DNA of 56,124 nt from a virus (lineage: Duplodnaviria; Caudoviricetes), in IMG/VR virus record IMGVR_UViG_3300009168_000013, positions 1 to 56,124 of that record; one strand, given 5' to 3'. The translations under genes were made by a program, and so were the position numbers. Position 1 is the first letter of the stretch, and each line of letters starts with the position of its first letter. Under the pieces are notes generated by a model. The model saw only the letters and a program-made list of their open reading frames with translations. It had not been told where the DNA came from and ran no database searches. Of this stretch, positions 9,270-17,382 are shown piece by piece.

Positions 9270-10052
9270 ACCACGACTCAGTTCACCTCCCCCGCCCGCC
9301 CCGAGTGCCCCGTCTGCGAGGGCTCCGGCATCGACGCCGCCTTCCGCTCCGTCTGCCATTGCGACGAGTTCATCGGCACCCTCGGCCGCTCGGCCTGGCG
9401 GGCCAACGCCCAGCGCAACATCGCTGTCGGCGGCCGCCAGGACCGCATCCACACCCCGGGCGAGCGCCTCGACGGGCGCACCTTCGGCACCGGCTCGGCC
9501 GCTCCCCGCCCCTCGACCCCTTCCGAGGCGCAGGTCAACTTCTGCCGCACCCTCCTCGCCGAGGTCTACCCGGGCCAGGAAGAACGTCAGGCCACGATGA
9601 TCGCCCGCTTCGCCGGGCTCACCCGCAAGGCCGCCTCGGAGGGCCTCGACCGCCTCATCGCCATGCGCGACGCTGGCCGCCAGGCCCGCCCGACCGTCGC
9701 CCCCGAGGCTGCCCCGGCTCGCCCGGCCGCCCCGGTCGCCGACGTGCCCGCCGGTCACTACGCCGTCGACAACGCCGAGGGCATCCTCCGCTTCTACGAG
9801 GTCGACCGCCCGACCGAGGGCCGCTGGGCCGGTCGCACCTTCGTCTCGGTGCTGGCCTCCGACGAGCGCCACCCGGTCAAGGGCGCAGCCGGTGCCGCCG
9901 TCCTGGCCAAGATCGCCGAGGACGTCACCGGGGCGATGCTCCGCTACGGCCAGGAGATCGGCCGGTGCGGCCATTGCAATCGCACCCTCACCGACGAGGC
10001 CTCCCGGGCTCGGGGGATCGGCCCCATCTGCGCCGGGCGGATGGGCCTCTGA
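9267..10052 (+). CDS. DUF6011-like Zn-finger protein
   Basis: C-terminal G.CGHCNRTLTDEASRARGIGPIC motif. Confidence 0.75.
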   Translation: MTTTQFTSPARPECPVCEGSGIDAAFRSVCHCDEFIGTLGRSAWRANAQRNIAVGGRQDRIHTPGERLDGRTFGTGSAAPRPSTPSEAQVNFCRTLLAEVYPGQEERQATMIARFAGLTRKAASEGLDRLIAMRDAGRQARPTVAPEAAPARPAAPVADVPAGHYAVDNAEGILRFYEVDRPTEGRWAGRTFVSVLASDERHPVKGAAGAAVLAKIAEDVTGAMLRYGQEIGRCGHCNRTLTDEASRARGIGPICAGRMGL

Positions 10053-10130
10053 CGGCTCCCTGCTCGGCTCCGCCTCCGGGTGGAGCCGGGCGAGGTGCAA
10101 TCAGGCACCCGTCCCCCGAAAGGAACCCCC

Positions 10131-10268
10131 ATGACCACCATCAAGACCGAGGTCAAAGGTCGCTACTCGCTCACGCGCATCTTCCTGGCGTGCTGCACGT
10201 TCGGCCTCTCGCTGCCCTTCGCCGGTGTCCGCAAGCGGACCACCACCACCGTCCGCACGGTCGGCTGA
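10131..10268 (+). CDS. Small hydrophobic protein
   Basis: SD AAAGGA; one hydrophobic segment. Confidence 0.6.
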   Translation: MTTIKTEVKGRYSLTRIFLACCTFGLSLPFAGVRKRTTTTVRTVG

Positions 10269-10531
10269 TGGCCGACTGGCTCGACCGCCTCGACCGGGGG
10301 GAGCCAGTCCTGGCTCCTACCCGGCGGCGGATCGCCGGGGAGTGGGACGTCTGGACGCCCGACGTAGTCGTCACCGTCGCCCTCCCCGGCCCCGAAGAAC
10401 GTTGCGGAGCCCGCCTCTGCCTGACGTGCGGGGCCGATCTACCCTCGCCCCCGCCCTCGGGCCGTCCCCGCCGGTACTGCTCCCCGGAGTGCCGCCCCTC
10501 CTCGTACCGGCAGCAGCACGGCGCCCGCTGA
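10268..10531 (+). CDS. Zn-finger protein (CLTC...RRYCSPEC)
   Basis: TGATG coupling; Cys pairs. Confidence 0.6.
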   Translation: MADWLDRLDRGEPVLAPTRRRIAGEWDVWTPDVVVTVALPGPEERCGARLCLTCGADLPSPPPSGRPRRYCSPECRPSSYRQQHGAR

Positions 10532-10743
10532 TGCCGACCAACAACCCTCGCAAGGACCTCCGCCGCATCGCCCGCCTACTTGAGGCTCAAGGCTGGACCG
10601 TCGACATGGGCCACCCGCACCCCCGCTTCACCTCGCCCACCGGCAAGCGCATCTCCACGACGGACACCCGCTCTGGCGGCCGGGCCTGGCTCAACTTCCT
10701 CGCCGCCCTGCGACGGGCCGGGGCTGACCTCCCTCGTCGCTGA
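10531..10743 (+). CDS. HicA-like protein
   Basis: 70 aa, basic; LEAQGW.V..GH.HPRFTSPTG..N..AALRRAG pattern. Confidence 0.6.
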   Translation: MPTNNPRKDLRRIARLLEAQGWTVDMGHPHPRFTSPTGKRISTTDTRSGGRAWLNFLAALRRAGADLPRR

Positions 10744-10764
10744 GACGGCACCTGAGGGGCCTCT
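10742..10764 (+). repeat. 23-bp dispersed motif, copy 1
   Basis: gagacggcacctgaggggcctct. Confidence 0.7.
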
Positions 10765-10808
10765 CCGTAGCCGCTGGCCCTGCCCGGGTCGGCGGCTACG
10801 GTCGTTCT

Positions 10809-10853
10809 GAGGGCGACGGCTCCGTTCTGGGGAGTGCCGGAGCCGCCGCCCTC
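10809..10853 (+). terminator. Stem-loop closing the inserted cassette
   Basis: GAGGGCGACGGCTCCG / CGGAGCCGCCGCCCTC, 16-bp stem with one mismatch. Confidence 0.6.
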
Positions 10854-10871
10854 CGGCTAGGGTCGCCGCCG

Positions 10872-11225
10872 ATGACGCTCCCCAACGGCACCTCCGCCCT
10901 CATCCCCGACTTCACCCCGGCGGCGGAAGCCGGGGCGCAGTTCGACCTCAACGGCCGCCGCTACACGTTGCTGGCCCGCCTCCCGCTCCCGCTGCTGGAA
11001 CGAGTGATGGTCGTGCAGAACATGGAGGGCCTGGAACGCCTGCAAGCCCTCCTCGACCTGCTGCCCGCCTTCCTCATCCCCGCCGACCGGGAGGAGTTCG
11101 CCGCCGCCCTCCGCTCCGACGACGACCCCATCGGCGTCAACGGCCTCACCGCCATGTTCACCTGGATCGTGGAGATGGTGACGGGCCGCCCTACGGAGTC
11201 GCCCTCGCCCTCGTCGGCTGGCTAG
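10872..11225 (+). CDS. Tail assembly chaperone (G)
   Basis: Precedes the tape measure; ends in GRPT; leaderless after TAGGGT. Confidence 0.8.
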   Translation: MTLPNGTSALIPDFTPAAEAGAQFDLNGRRYTLLARLPLPLLERVMVVQNMEGLERLQALLDLLPAFLIPADREEFAAALRSDDDPIGVNGLTAMFTWIVEMVTGRPTESPSPSSAG

Positions 11226-11503
11226 TCGACGGCTGGCGCCTCCTCGACGGCTGGGCGCTAGGGCGAGGGCTCGACCTGGAGGGGCTCCCGCTGGTGAGGG
11301 TGCTGAACGTGCTGTCGTACCTCCGGGTCCGCTCGGCCGACGCCGCTGAGCGGGACGAGTTGGAGTCGCTCCTCGTGGCCCGCCCTGCCCCCGCTGCCGT
11401 GCGCGCAGCGGAGCCTGCTGCGCCCTGGTGGTGGACCGGCGAGGAGGACGCCGCCACCGAGGCCGCCCTGGCGATGGCCGCCTACCGCCAGGTGACCCGC
11501 TAG
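11189..11503 (+). CDS. Tail assembly chaperone GT extension via probable -1 frameshift
   Basis: -1 frame open from CCC TAC (11189) to TAG 11503. Confidence 0.65.
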   Translation, partial: PYGVALALVGWLVDGWRLLDGWALGRGLDLEGLPLVRVLNVLSYLRVRSADAAERDELESLLVARPAPAAVRAAEPAAPWWWTGEEDAATEAALAMAAYRQVTR

Positions 11504-11527
11504 CGCCTAGCGCCTAGGCTCTCGGTC

Positions 11528-14002
11528 GTGGCCGACCTGGGGAGCGCATCGGTACGGATCGTGCCGGACTTCTCCGGGTGGGAGCGGGAGATGCGCTCCG
11601 GCCTGGCTGGCGCCATGAAGGGCACCGTGGCCGACGCCGAGAAGGCGGGCGAGCGCATCGAGGACGCCTTCGTGGAGTCGGCCCGCCAGAGCGATGCGGC
11701 CTTCGAGAAGGTCGGCGGGGCCGACGCCTTCAACCAGGCCGTCACCTCCGCCGACAAGGCGGGCGAGCAGATCACCAGCCACTTCAAGGAGGCTGCCCGC
11801 CAGAGCGACTCCGCCCTCGGCGGCATCTCCAAGGGCGCAGGCGGCCTGGGCGGCCTCGTCGCCGGGCTCGGGCTCGGTGCGGCCGCCGGGCTGGTCACGA
11901 AGTTCGGCCTCGACACGGCGAAGTCTCTGGAGATGACGGAGGTCGGCTTCACCGGGCTCCTCGGCTCCGCCGACGAGGCCAAGAAGATGATGGGCGAACT
12001 GACCTCGTTCGCCGCCAAGACCCCGCTGGAGTTGCCCGGGCTGGCCGACATGACGCGCAACCTCGTCGCCCAGGGCGGCACCTTCGGCGTCACCAAGGAC
12101 AACGTCCTCGACTACGTCCAGACCATCGGCGACATGACGTCGGTGCTGGGCGGCGGGCAGGGCGAGATGGACGCCGTGACCCGGGCTCTGGGTCAGATGG
12201 GCGGCACCGGCCGGGTCACGGCCCAGGACATGAACCAGATCAGCAACGCCCTCCCGGGCTTCCCGGTGTGGCAGGCCCTCGCCGACGGCATGGGCATCAG
12301 CCAGGCGAAGGCTCGGGAGTTGTCGGAGGACGGGCTCATCCCCGCCTCCGAGGCCGTGCCGATCTTGCTGGCGAAGATGAAGGAGTTTCCCGGGGCGGCC
12401 GGGGCGATGGAACGCTCCTCCACGACCCTGACCGGCGTGCTGTCCACCTTCAAGGACACGATGGGCATTGCCCTCGCCGCCGGGCTGGGGCCGCTGGTCG
12501 GCTCGCTCAAGACCGTCCTCTCCGACCCGGCTCTCCTCGACACGCTCACGCAGTTCGGCAACTCATTCGGCGCCGCCCTGGGCGGCATCTTCGAGGCCCT
12601 CGGCCCCTCCATTCAGATCCTCGTCCGGCAGGTCACCTCGATCCTCGACGTCATGGGGCCTGCCCTCCTCTCGCTCGCCCCGCTCATCAGCCCCATCGTG
12701 CAGATCGTCGGCGTGCTGGCCAACGTCCTCGCCGAGGGGCTGGGCGCCGCCCTCACGGCCCTGGCGCCCATCTTCGGCATGATCGGCGCCTTCCTCGACA
12801 TCTTCGCGGAGCGCCTGGGGGAGTTCCTGTTCGGCGCCCTGGAGTCGATCATCCCCCTGTTCGACGAGTTGGTCCGGGTCCTCACGCCCATCTTCGCCCG
12901 GGTGCTGCCGATGCTCCTCGACGTGTTCGACGAGTTCGCCGGGATCATCATGCGGATCGTCGAGGCCGTGCTCCCGATCCTGGTGCGCCTGTTCACGGCC
13001 CTGGCGCCCATCGTCTCTCGCCTGGTCGACGCCTTCCTCGAACTGGTCGATCAGGCCCTCGCCGCCCTCATCCCGATCATCGACCTGCTGCTCCCCCTGT
13101 TCGAGCACCTCATCACGGTCCTCCTCGACGCCCTGCTGCCGATCCTCCCGCAACTGGTCGAGGCCCTCATCGCCGTCGCCACCTCGATGCTGACCATCAC
13201 GCTCGCCACGGCGCCGCTCATCCCGCCCATCGTCCAGTTGATCGACCTCCTCCTCGTCGGCCTGGTGCCGATCCTCGACATCCTGGCGAAGGCTCTCGTG
13301 ATCGTGGCGGAGGCCCTCGCCGTCGTCACCACCTTCATCTCCGAGCAGGTCGTCACCGTGTTCGAGTTCCTCGGCGAGAAGTTGCAGTGGGTCGTCGACC
13401 ACCTCGACGAGGTCGTCGTGTTCCTGCAAGAGACGTTCGGCCCCGCCTTCGAGGCCATCGTCGAGGTCATCACCGGCGTCGTCGACGAGATCATCGAGGT
13501 GGCGCAGAAGGTCATTGACTGGTTCACCAACACCTGGAGCACGATCAGCGACCTGCTGGAGGCTCCCTTCAACACCGCCAAGGACGTGATCGGCGACGTC
13601 ATCGACGGCATCAAGTCCGGCTTCAAGGGCGCCATCGACGTCATCAAGCGCATCTGGAACGCCTTTGCCGACTTCTGGAACGGCATTGACCTGGAGGTGC
13701 CCGGCATCGACCTGCCCTTCGGCAAGACGATCGGCGGCTTCACCATCGGCCTGCCCGAGGTGCCCCGGATGATGGCCACCGGCGGCCTGGTGCGCGCAAC
13801 GCCCGGCGGCACGCTGGCCCTCCTCGGCGAAGGCGGCCGGGACGAGTTGGTCACGCCCCTTCCGGCTCCGGCGCATCGCCCCTTCGGTGCCGCCGGGGCC
13901 GGGCTCGGCGTCCACTTCAACGGGCCGGTCACCTTCGGCGACCGCCGGGCTGTCGACGACCTCGACTGGTGGGTCCGCTTCCGCATGGGAACGGCCGCCT
14001 GA
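11528..14002 (+). CDS. Tape measure protein
   Basis: 824 aa; FAAKTP..L tape-measure N-terminal domain; periodic amphipathic repeats; ATGG..LGEGGRDE C-terminus. Confidence 0.93.
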   Translation: MADLGSASVRIVPDFSGWEREMRSGLAGAMKGTVADAEKAGERIEDAFVESARQSDAAFEKVGGADAFNQAVTSADKAGEQITSHFKEAARQSDSALGGISKGAGGLGGLVAGLGLGAAAGLVTKFGLDTAKSLEMTEVGFTGLLGSADEAKKMMGELTSFAAKTPLELPGLADMTRNLVAQGGTFGVTKDNVLDYVQTIGDMTSVLGGGQGEMDAVTRALGQMGGTGRVTAQDMNQISNALPGFPVWQALADGMGISQAKARELSEDGLIPASEAVPILLAKMKEFPGAAGAMERSSTTLTGVLSTFKDTMGIALAAGLGPLVGSLKTVLSDPALLDTLTQFGNSFGAALGGIFEALGPSIQILVRQVTSILDVMGPALLSLAPLISPIVQIVGVLANVLAEGLGAALTALAPIFGMIGAFLDIFAERLGEFLFGALESIIPLFDELVRVLTPIFARVLPMLLDVFDEFAGIIMRIVEAVLPILVRLFTALAPIVSRLVDAFLELVDQALAALIPIIDLLLPLFEHLITVLLDALLPILPQLVEALIAVATSMLTITLATAPLIPPIVQLIDLLLVGLVPILDILAKALVIVAEALAVVTTFISEQVVTVFEFLGEKLQWVVDHLDEVVVFLQETFGPAFEAIVEVITGVVDEIIEVAQKVIDWFTNTWSTISDLLEAPFNTAKDVIGDVIDGIKSGFKGAIDVIKRIWNAFADFWNGIDLEVPGIDLPFGKTIGGFTIGLPEVPRMMATGGLVRATPGGTLALLGEGGRDELVTPLPAPAHRPFGAAGAGLGVHFNGPVTFGDRRAVDDLDWWVRFRMGTAA

Positions 14003-15048
14003 TGGCCCTGTTCCCGCCGGGGCGGCTGACCCCCATCGACCTCATCGACCGGACGTACCGGGGAGCCCTGGCGGCCTCTGCGGCGGAGGCCGAGGCGATG
14101 GTGCCCCTGGTGGCCGCCTCGCCCCGGGCCGAGGTGCCCCAGGTGGCCTACGTGGACCTGCTCCGTTGGGACGCCAACCTGGCCCCGCTGGCCGACTGGC
14201 AGGTCGCCCTGGGCGCCATCACCTTCGGCCGGGGCACGCCCTACGGGATGCCCTCGTGGGAGGGCCTGGGCCTGCCCGACCAGCGCACCAACGACGTCGG
14301 CTTCCCCTCCCAGCACGGCGTCGTCGCCCTCGGCGACTTCCACGAGGGCCGCTCCCTCGTGTTCACCGTCTGCGTCTCCGAGGCCACCCCGGCGGCGGCC
14401 TGGGACCGGCTGCGCGCACTGGCGGGCTCCTGGCAGGCGGCCATCGTCTCCCAGCCGCTCCGCCTCGGCATCCCCGGCGTGGCGACCTTTGCCGTCATGG
14501 GCCGCCCCCGGCGCATGGAGGTCGACAACTCCCGGCTCTACCGGGGCCAGGCCGACGTCGCCCTGGAGTTCCTCGCCACCGACCCCCGCCTCTACTCCAT
14601 CGACGTCCGGGGCACCACGCTCACCCTGGCCGCCGTGGCGGCCGACACCGGGCTCTGCCTGGCCGACCCGGGCACCTGCTTCGACCTCTCCGGGTGCTCG
14701 CTCGACCTGCGGGGCTCCTCGTTCTCCGGGGCCGGAGTGGCCGACAACGGCGGCAACACCGCCACGCCCTTCGTCGCCGTGTTCCACGGCCCCGCTGTCG
14801 ACCCGGCGCTCCTCAACCTCTCCACCGGCGCCATCGTCGACTTCGAGGGCACCACCCTCCTCCCGACGGACGTGCTGGAGGTCGACGCCCATGCGCGCAG
14901 GATCGTGCTCAACGGCGATCCCCGCTACGACCTCCTCGCTCCGGGCTCGACGTTCTGGAAGTTGCTCCCGGGCCGCAACGACCTCCGCTACATCGCCGTC
15001 GCCGCCGAGGGCTCCGTCTCCGTCCGCTGGCGGGACGCCTGGCTATGA
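14002..15048 (+). CDS. Distal tail (Dit)-like protein
   Basis: GRPRR, F.ATDPRLY, L.PGRN..RY and WRDAW motifs; follows the tape measure. Confidence 0.8.
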   Translation: MALFPPGRLTPIDLIDRTYRGALAASAAEAEAMVPLVAASPRAEVPQVAYVDLLRWDANLAPLADWQVALGAITFGRGTPYGMPSWEGLGLPDQRTNDVGFPSQHGVVALGDFHEGRSLVFTVCVSEATPAAAWDRLRALAGSWQAAIVSQPLRLGIPGVATFAVMGRPRRMEVDNSRLYRGQADVALEFLATDPRLYSIDVRGTTLTLAAVAADTGLCLADPGTCFDLSGCSLDLRGSSFSGAGVADNGGNTATPFVAVFHGPAVDPALLNLSTGAIVDFEGTTLLPTDVLEVDAHARRIVLNGDPRYDLLAPGSTFWKLLPGRNDLRYIAVAAEGSVSVRWRDAWL

Positions 15049-15058
15049 AGGGACCCCC

Positions 15059-15547
15059 ATGACCGAAGTGCAGCCGCCCATGTTCGAGGCCGAGTGCTAC
15101 GACGCCGACGACATGCGGCTCCTCGTCAATGCGATGGCCCAGGGCACCGAGGGAGTCGTCGGCAACAACGACATGATCGTGACGGCGGCGGCCTCCGGGC
15201 TCGCCGTGGACGTCTCGGGCGGCTCAGTGTTCGTCGCCGGGGACACCGCCGGGCAGGGCATGTACCTCTGCGTCAACCAGGGCTCGACCCGGGTGCAGTT
15301 GGCCGCCGCCGGTGCCCAGGCCCGCACCGACCTCATCGTCGCCACCGTGTTCGACACGGCCTTCGGCGGGGCCTCCAACACCTGGCTCCTGGCCGACGTC
15401 ACCGGCACGCCGGGGGCCGGTGTCCCCGCCACCCCGCCCAACTCCACCGCCCTCGCCACGGTCGCTGTCGCCGCCGGTGCGCTGACCGTCACGGCGGGCA
15501 ACATCACCGACCAGCGAGAGAAGTCCAACGCACCCGTCTGGCAGTAG
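15059..15547 (+). CDS. Minor tail protein
   Basis: RTDLIVA..D, TGTP...P.TP and ITDQR motifs. Confidence 0.75.
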   Translation: MTEVQPPMFEAECYDADDMRLLVNAMAQGTEGVVGNNDMIVTAAASGLAVDVSGGSVFVAGDTAGQGMYLCVNQGSTRVQLAAAGAQARTDLIVATVFDTAFGGASNTWLLADVTGTPGAGVPATPPNSTALATVAVAAGALTVTAGNITDQREKSNAPVWQ

Positions 15548-15556
15548 GGTCCGGCC

Positions 15557-16612
15557 GTGCTGCTGCTGGCTGGCAACCTGCTCTCCGGCGTCATCGAGCA
15601 GGAGTTGGCCTGGGTCGAGGCCTCCTGGTCGTCAGCCCTCAACGGGCCTGGCTCCGCCTCGGTCAAGGTCCCCCTCACCCGGTACGGGGCCAACGCTGGC
15701 TCGGCGGCTGCGCCCTTCGTGGCGGCCTCCACGCTCTACATCGTCGAGGACGACGGCTCGGTCGCCTGGTGGGGAGTGGCCTGGTCGGCCGACGTCGACC
15801 CGGAGGGCCGCACCATCACCTTCGACTGTGCGGAGATTCACTCGGTCCTGGCCCGCCGGGTGCTCCGCCGGGACCTGCCCTTCGCGCAGGTGGACCAGGC
15901 CGACATCGCTGTCGCCCTCGTCACCGAGGCTCAGACCGGGACGGACCGGGACCTCCGCATCGACACCTCCCTGGTCGGCCCGACCGGCGTGCTGCGGGAC
16001 CGCAACTACCTCGGCGTGGAGCGCCCCAACCTGGGCGAGTTGCTCGGCTCGCTGGCCTCGGTCATCAACGGCTTCGACTACGACTTCCCGGCCGACTGGC
16101 CCGGCGGCGGCACCGCTCCGACGCCCCGCCTGCGCCTCGACTACCCCCGCCAGGGCCGGGTCCTCTCCCAGCCTCTCGTGGCGACCGGCCCGGTCATCCT
16201 CCGCTCGCTGTCGTACAACGGGACGGAGATGGCCTCCGACGTGGACGCTGTCGGCGACCAGGCCCTCACCGTGCCCCAGACGTCCTCCGGGCTCCTCGCC
16301 GGTCGTCCGGCGCTCGACTCGGTCGTCTCCCGCTCCACCGTCAAGGTCAACGCCACCCTGGCCGAGCACGCCGCCTCGTGGCGAGCCGACCACGATGAGC
16401 CCGCCCGCTCCGCTCAGGTGGAGGTCGCCCTCGAACCAGCCGACGCTCTCGGTGTGCGCGTAGGCGACGTCGTGCGCCTGATCGAGATGGACTCGGTCGG
16501 CCTCGACGCCCCCTTCCTCGTCACCGGCGTCTCGACCAACGTCGCCGGTGCGGGCCGCCTCGTCTCGCTGGCCCTCTCGTGGCCTGTTGCTCTCGGCGGG
16601 GAGGAGACGTGA
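15557..16612 (+). CDS. Minor tail / baseplate hub-like protein
   Basis: LNGPGS, W.G..W and INGFDY motifs; leaderless after TAGGGT. Confidence 0.7.
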   Translation: MLLLAGNLLSGVIEQELAWVEASWSSALNGPGSASVKVPLTRYGANAGSAAAPFVAASTLYIVEDDGSVAWWGVAWSADVDPEGRTITFDCAEIHSVLARRVLRRDLPFAQVDQADIAVALVTEAQTGTDRDLRIDTSLVGPTGVLRDRNYLGVERPNLGELLGSLASVINGFDYDFPADWPGGGTAPTPRLRLDYPRQGRVLSQPLVATGPVILRSLSYNGTEMASDVDAVGDQALTVPQTSSGLLAGRPALDSVVSRSTVKVNATLAEHAASWRADHDEPARSAQVEVALEPADALGVRVGDVVRLIEMDSVGLDAPFLVTGVSTNVAGAGRLVSLALSWPVALGGEET

Positions 16613-17382
16613 CGCTCGACCCGCTCGCCGCCGAACTGCTCCGCCTGGGCACGCACGTCTCCCGGCTGGAGCGCCGCCAACGCTCAGCGGGCTCGGGCGG
16701 CGGCGGCGGAGTCACTGACCACGGCCTGCTCACCGGCCTGGGCGACGACGACCACCCGCAGTACCTCCGCCCGGCCGAGGTGCTGGCGGGCACCGCCCTC
16801 ACGGCGCTCTACAACCCCGACGGGACGGTGCTGCTCTCCGTCGACACGGCCTCGCTCCCGCCGCCGACGGTGCCGAACGAGGTCGTCGTCTCCGCCACCG
16901 ACCCGATCGGCTCAGTGCCGGAGGCAGAACTGTGGTGGGACCCGGACGCTTCGCCTGCGCCCTTCTCCGGCGGCGGCGGCCTGGTCACCTCGCAGCGCAT
17001 CACCTTCACCTCGGTCGCCTTCGCCGGGACGGAGGTGGCCCTCTCGGGCATCACCGCCGTCTGGACGGCCGACCCGGGTCGGCGCTACAAGATCGGCGTC
17101 ACCGGGCTGCTCCAGTCGACGGTCGCCGCCGACGTCGTGTTCCTCCGGCTGCGCCTCGGCTCCGTCACCGGCACCCAGGTCGGCGGAGTCAACCACCTCT
17201 GCGCCGTGTCGACGCACGCCCTCACCTTCACCGGCACCACGTTCGTCTCCGGGCTCTCCGGGTCGCAGACCGCCGTGCTCACCGGGCAGCGCGCAGCGGG
17301 CACCGGCAACATCACCCAGGTCGCCACGGCGACCGCCCCGACCTGGCTCTGGGTCGAGGACATGGGACCGGGGGCCGTCTGA
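16609..17382 (+). CDS. Minor tail protein
   Basis: GTGA overlap; HGLLTGLGDDDHPQYL motif common in tail-fibre shafts. Confidence 0.7.
   Translation: MTLDPLAAELLRLGTHVSRLERRQRSAGSGGGGGVTDHGLLTGLGDDDHPQYLRPAEVLAGTALTALYNPDGTVLLSVDTASLPPPTVPNEVVVSATDPIGSVPEAELWWDPDASPAPFSGGGGLVTSQRITFTSVAFAGTEVALSGITAVWTADPGRRYKIGVTGLLQSTVAADVVFLRLRLGSVTGTQVGGVNHLCAVSTHALTFTGTTFVSGLSGSQTAVLTGQRAAGTGNITQVATATAPTWLWVEDMGPGAV

Noticed and set aside
11500-11520. CTAGCGC CTAGCGC CTAGGCT short tandem repeat
   Set aside because: It is explained by a stop codon plus the tape-measure -10 box and a 7-bp slippage duplication.
12480-13700. Periodic repeats in the tape measure gene
   Set aside because: These are ordinary amphipathic tape-measure repeats.
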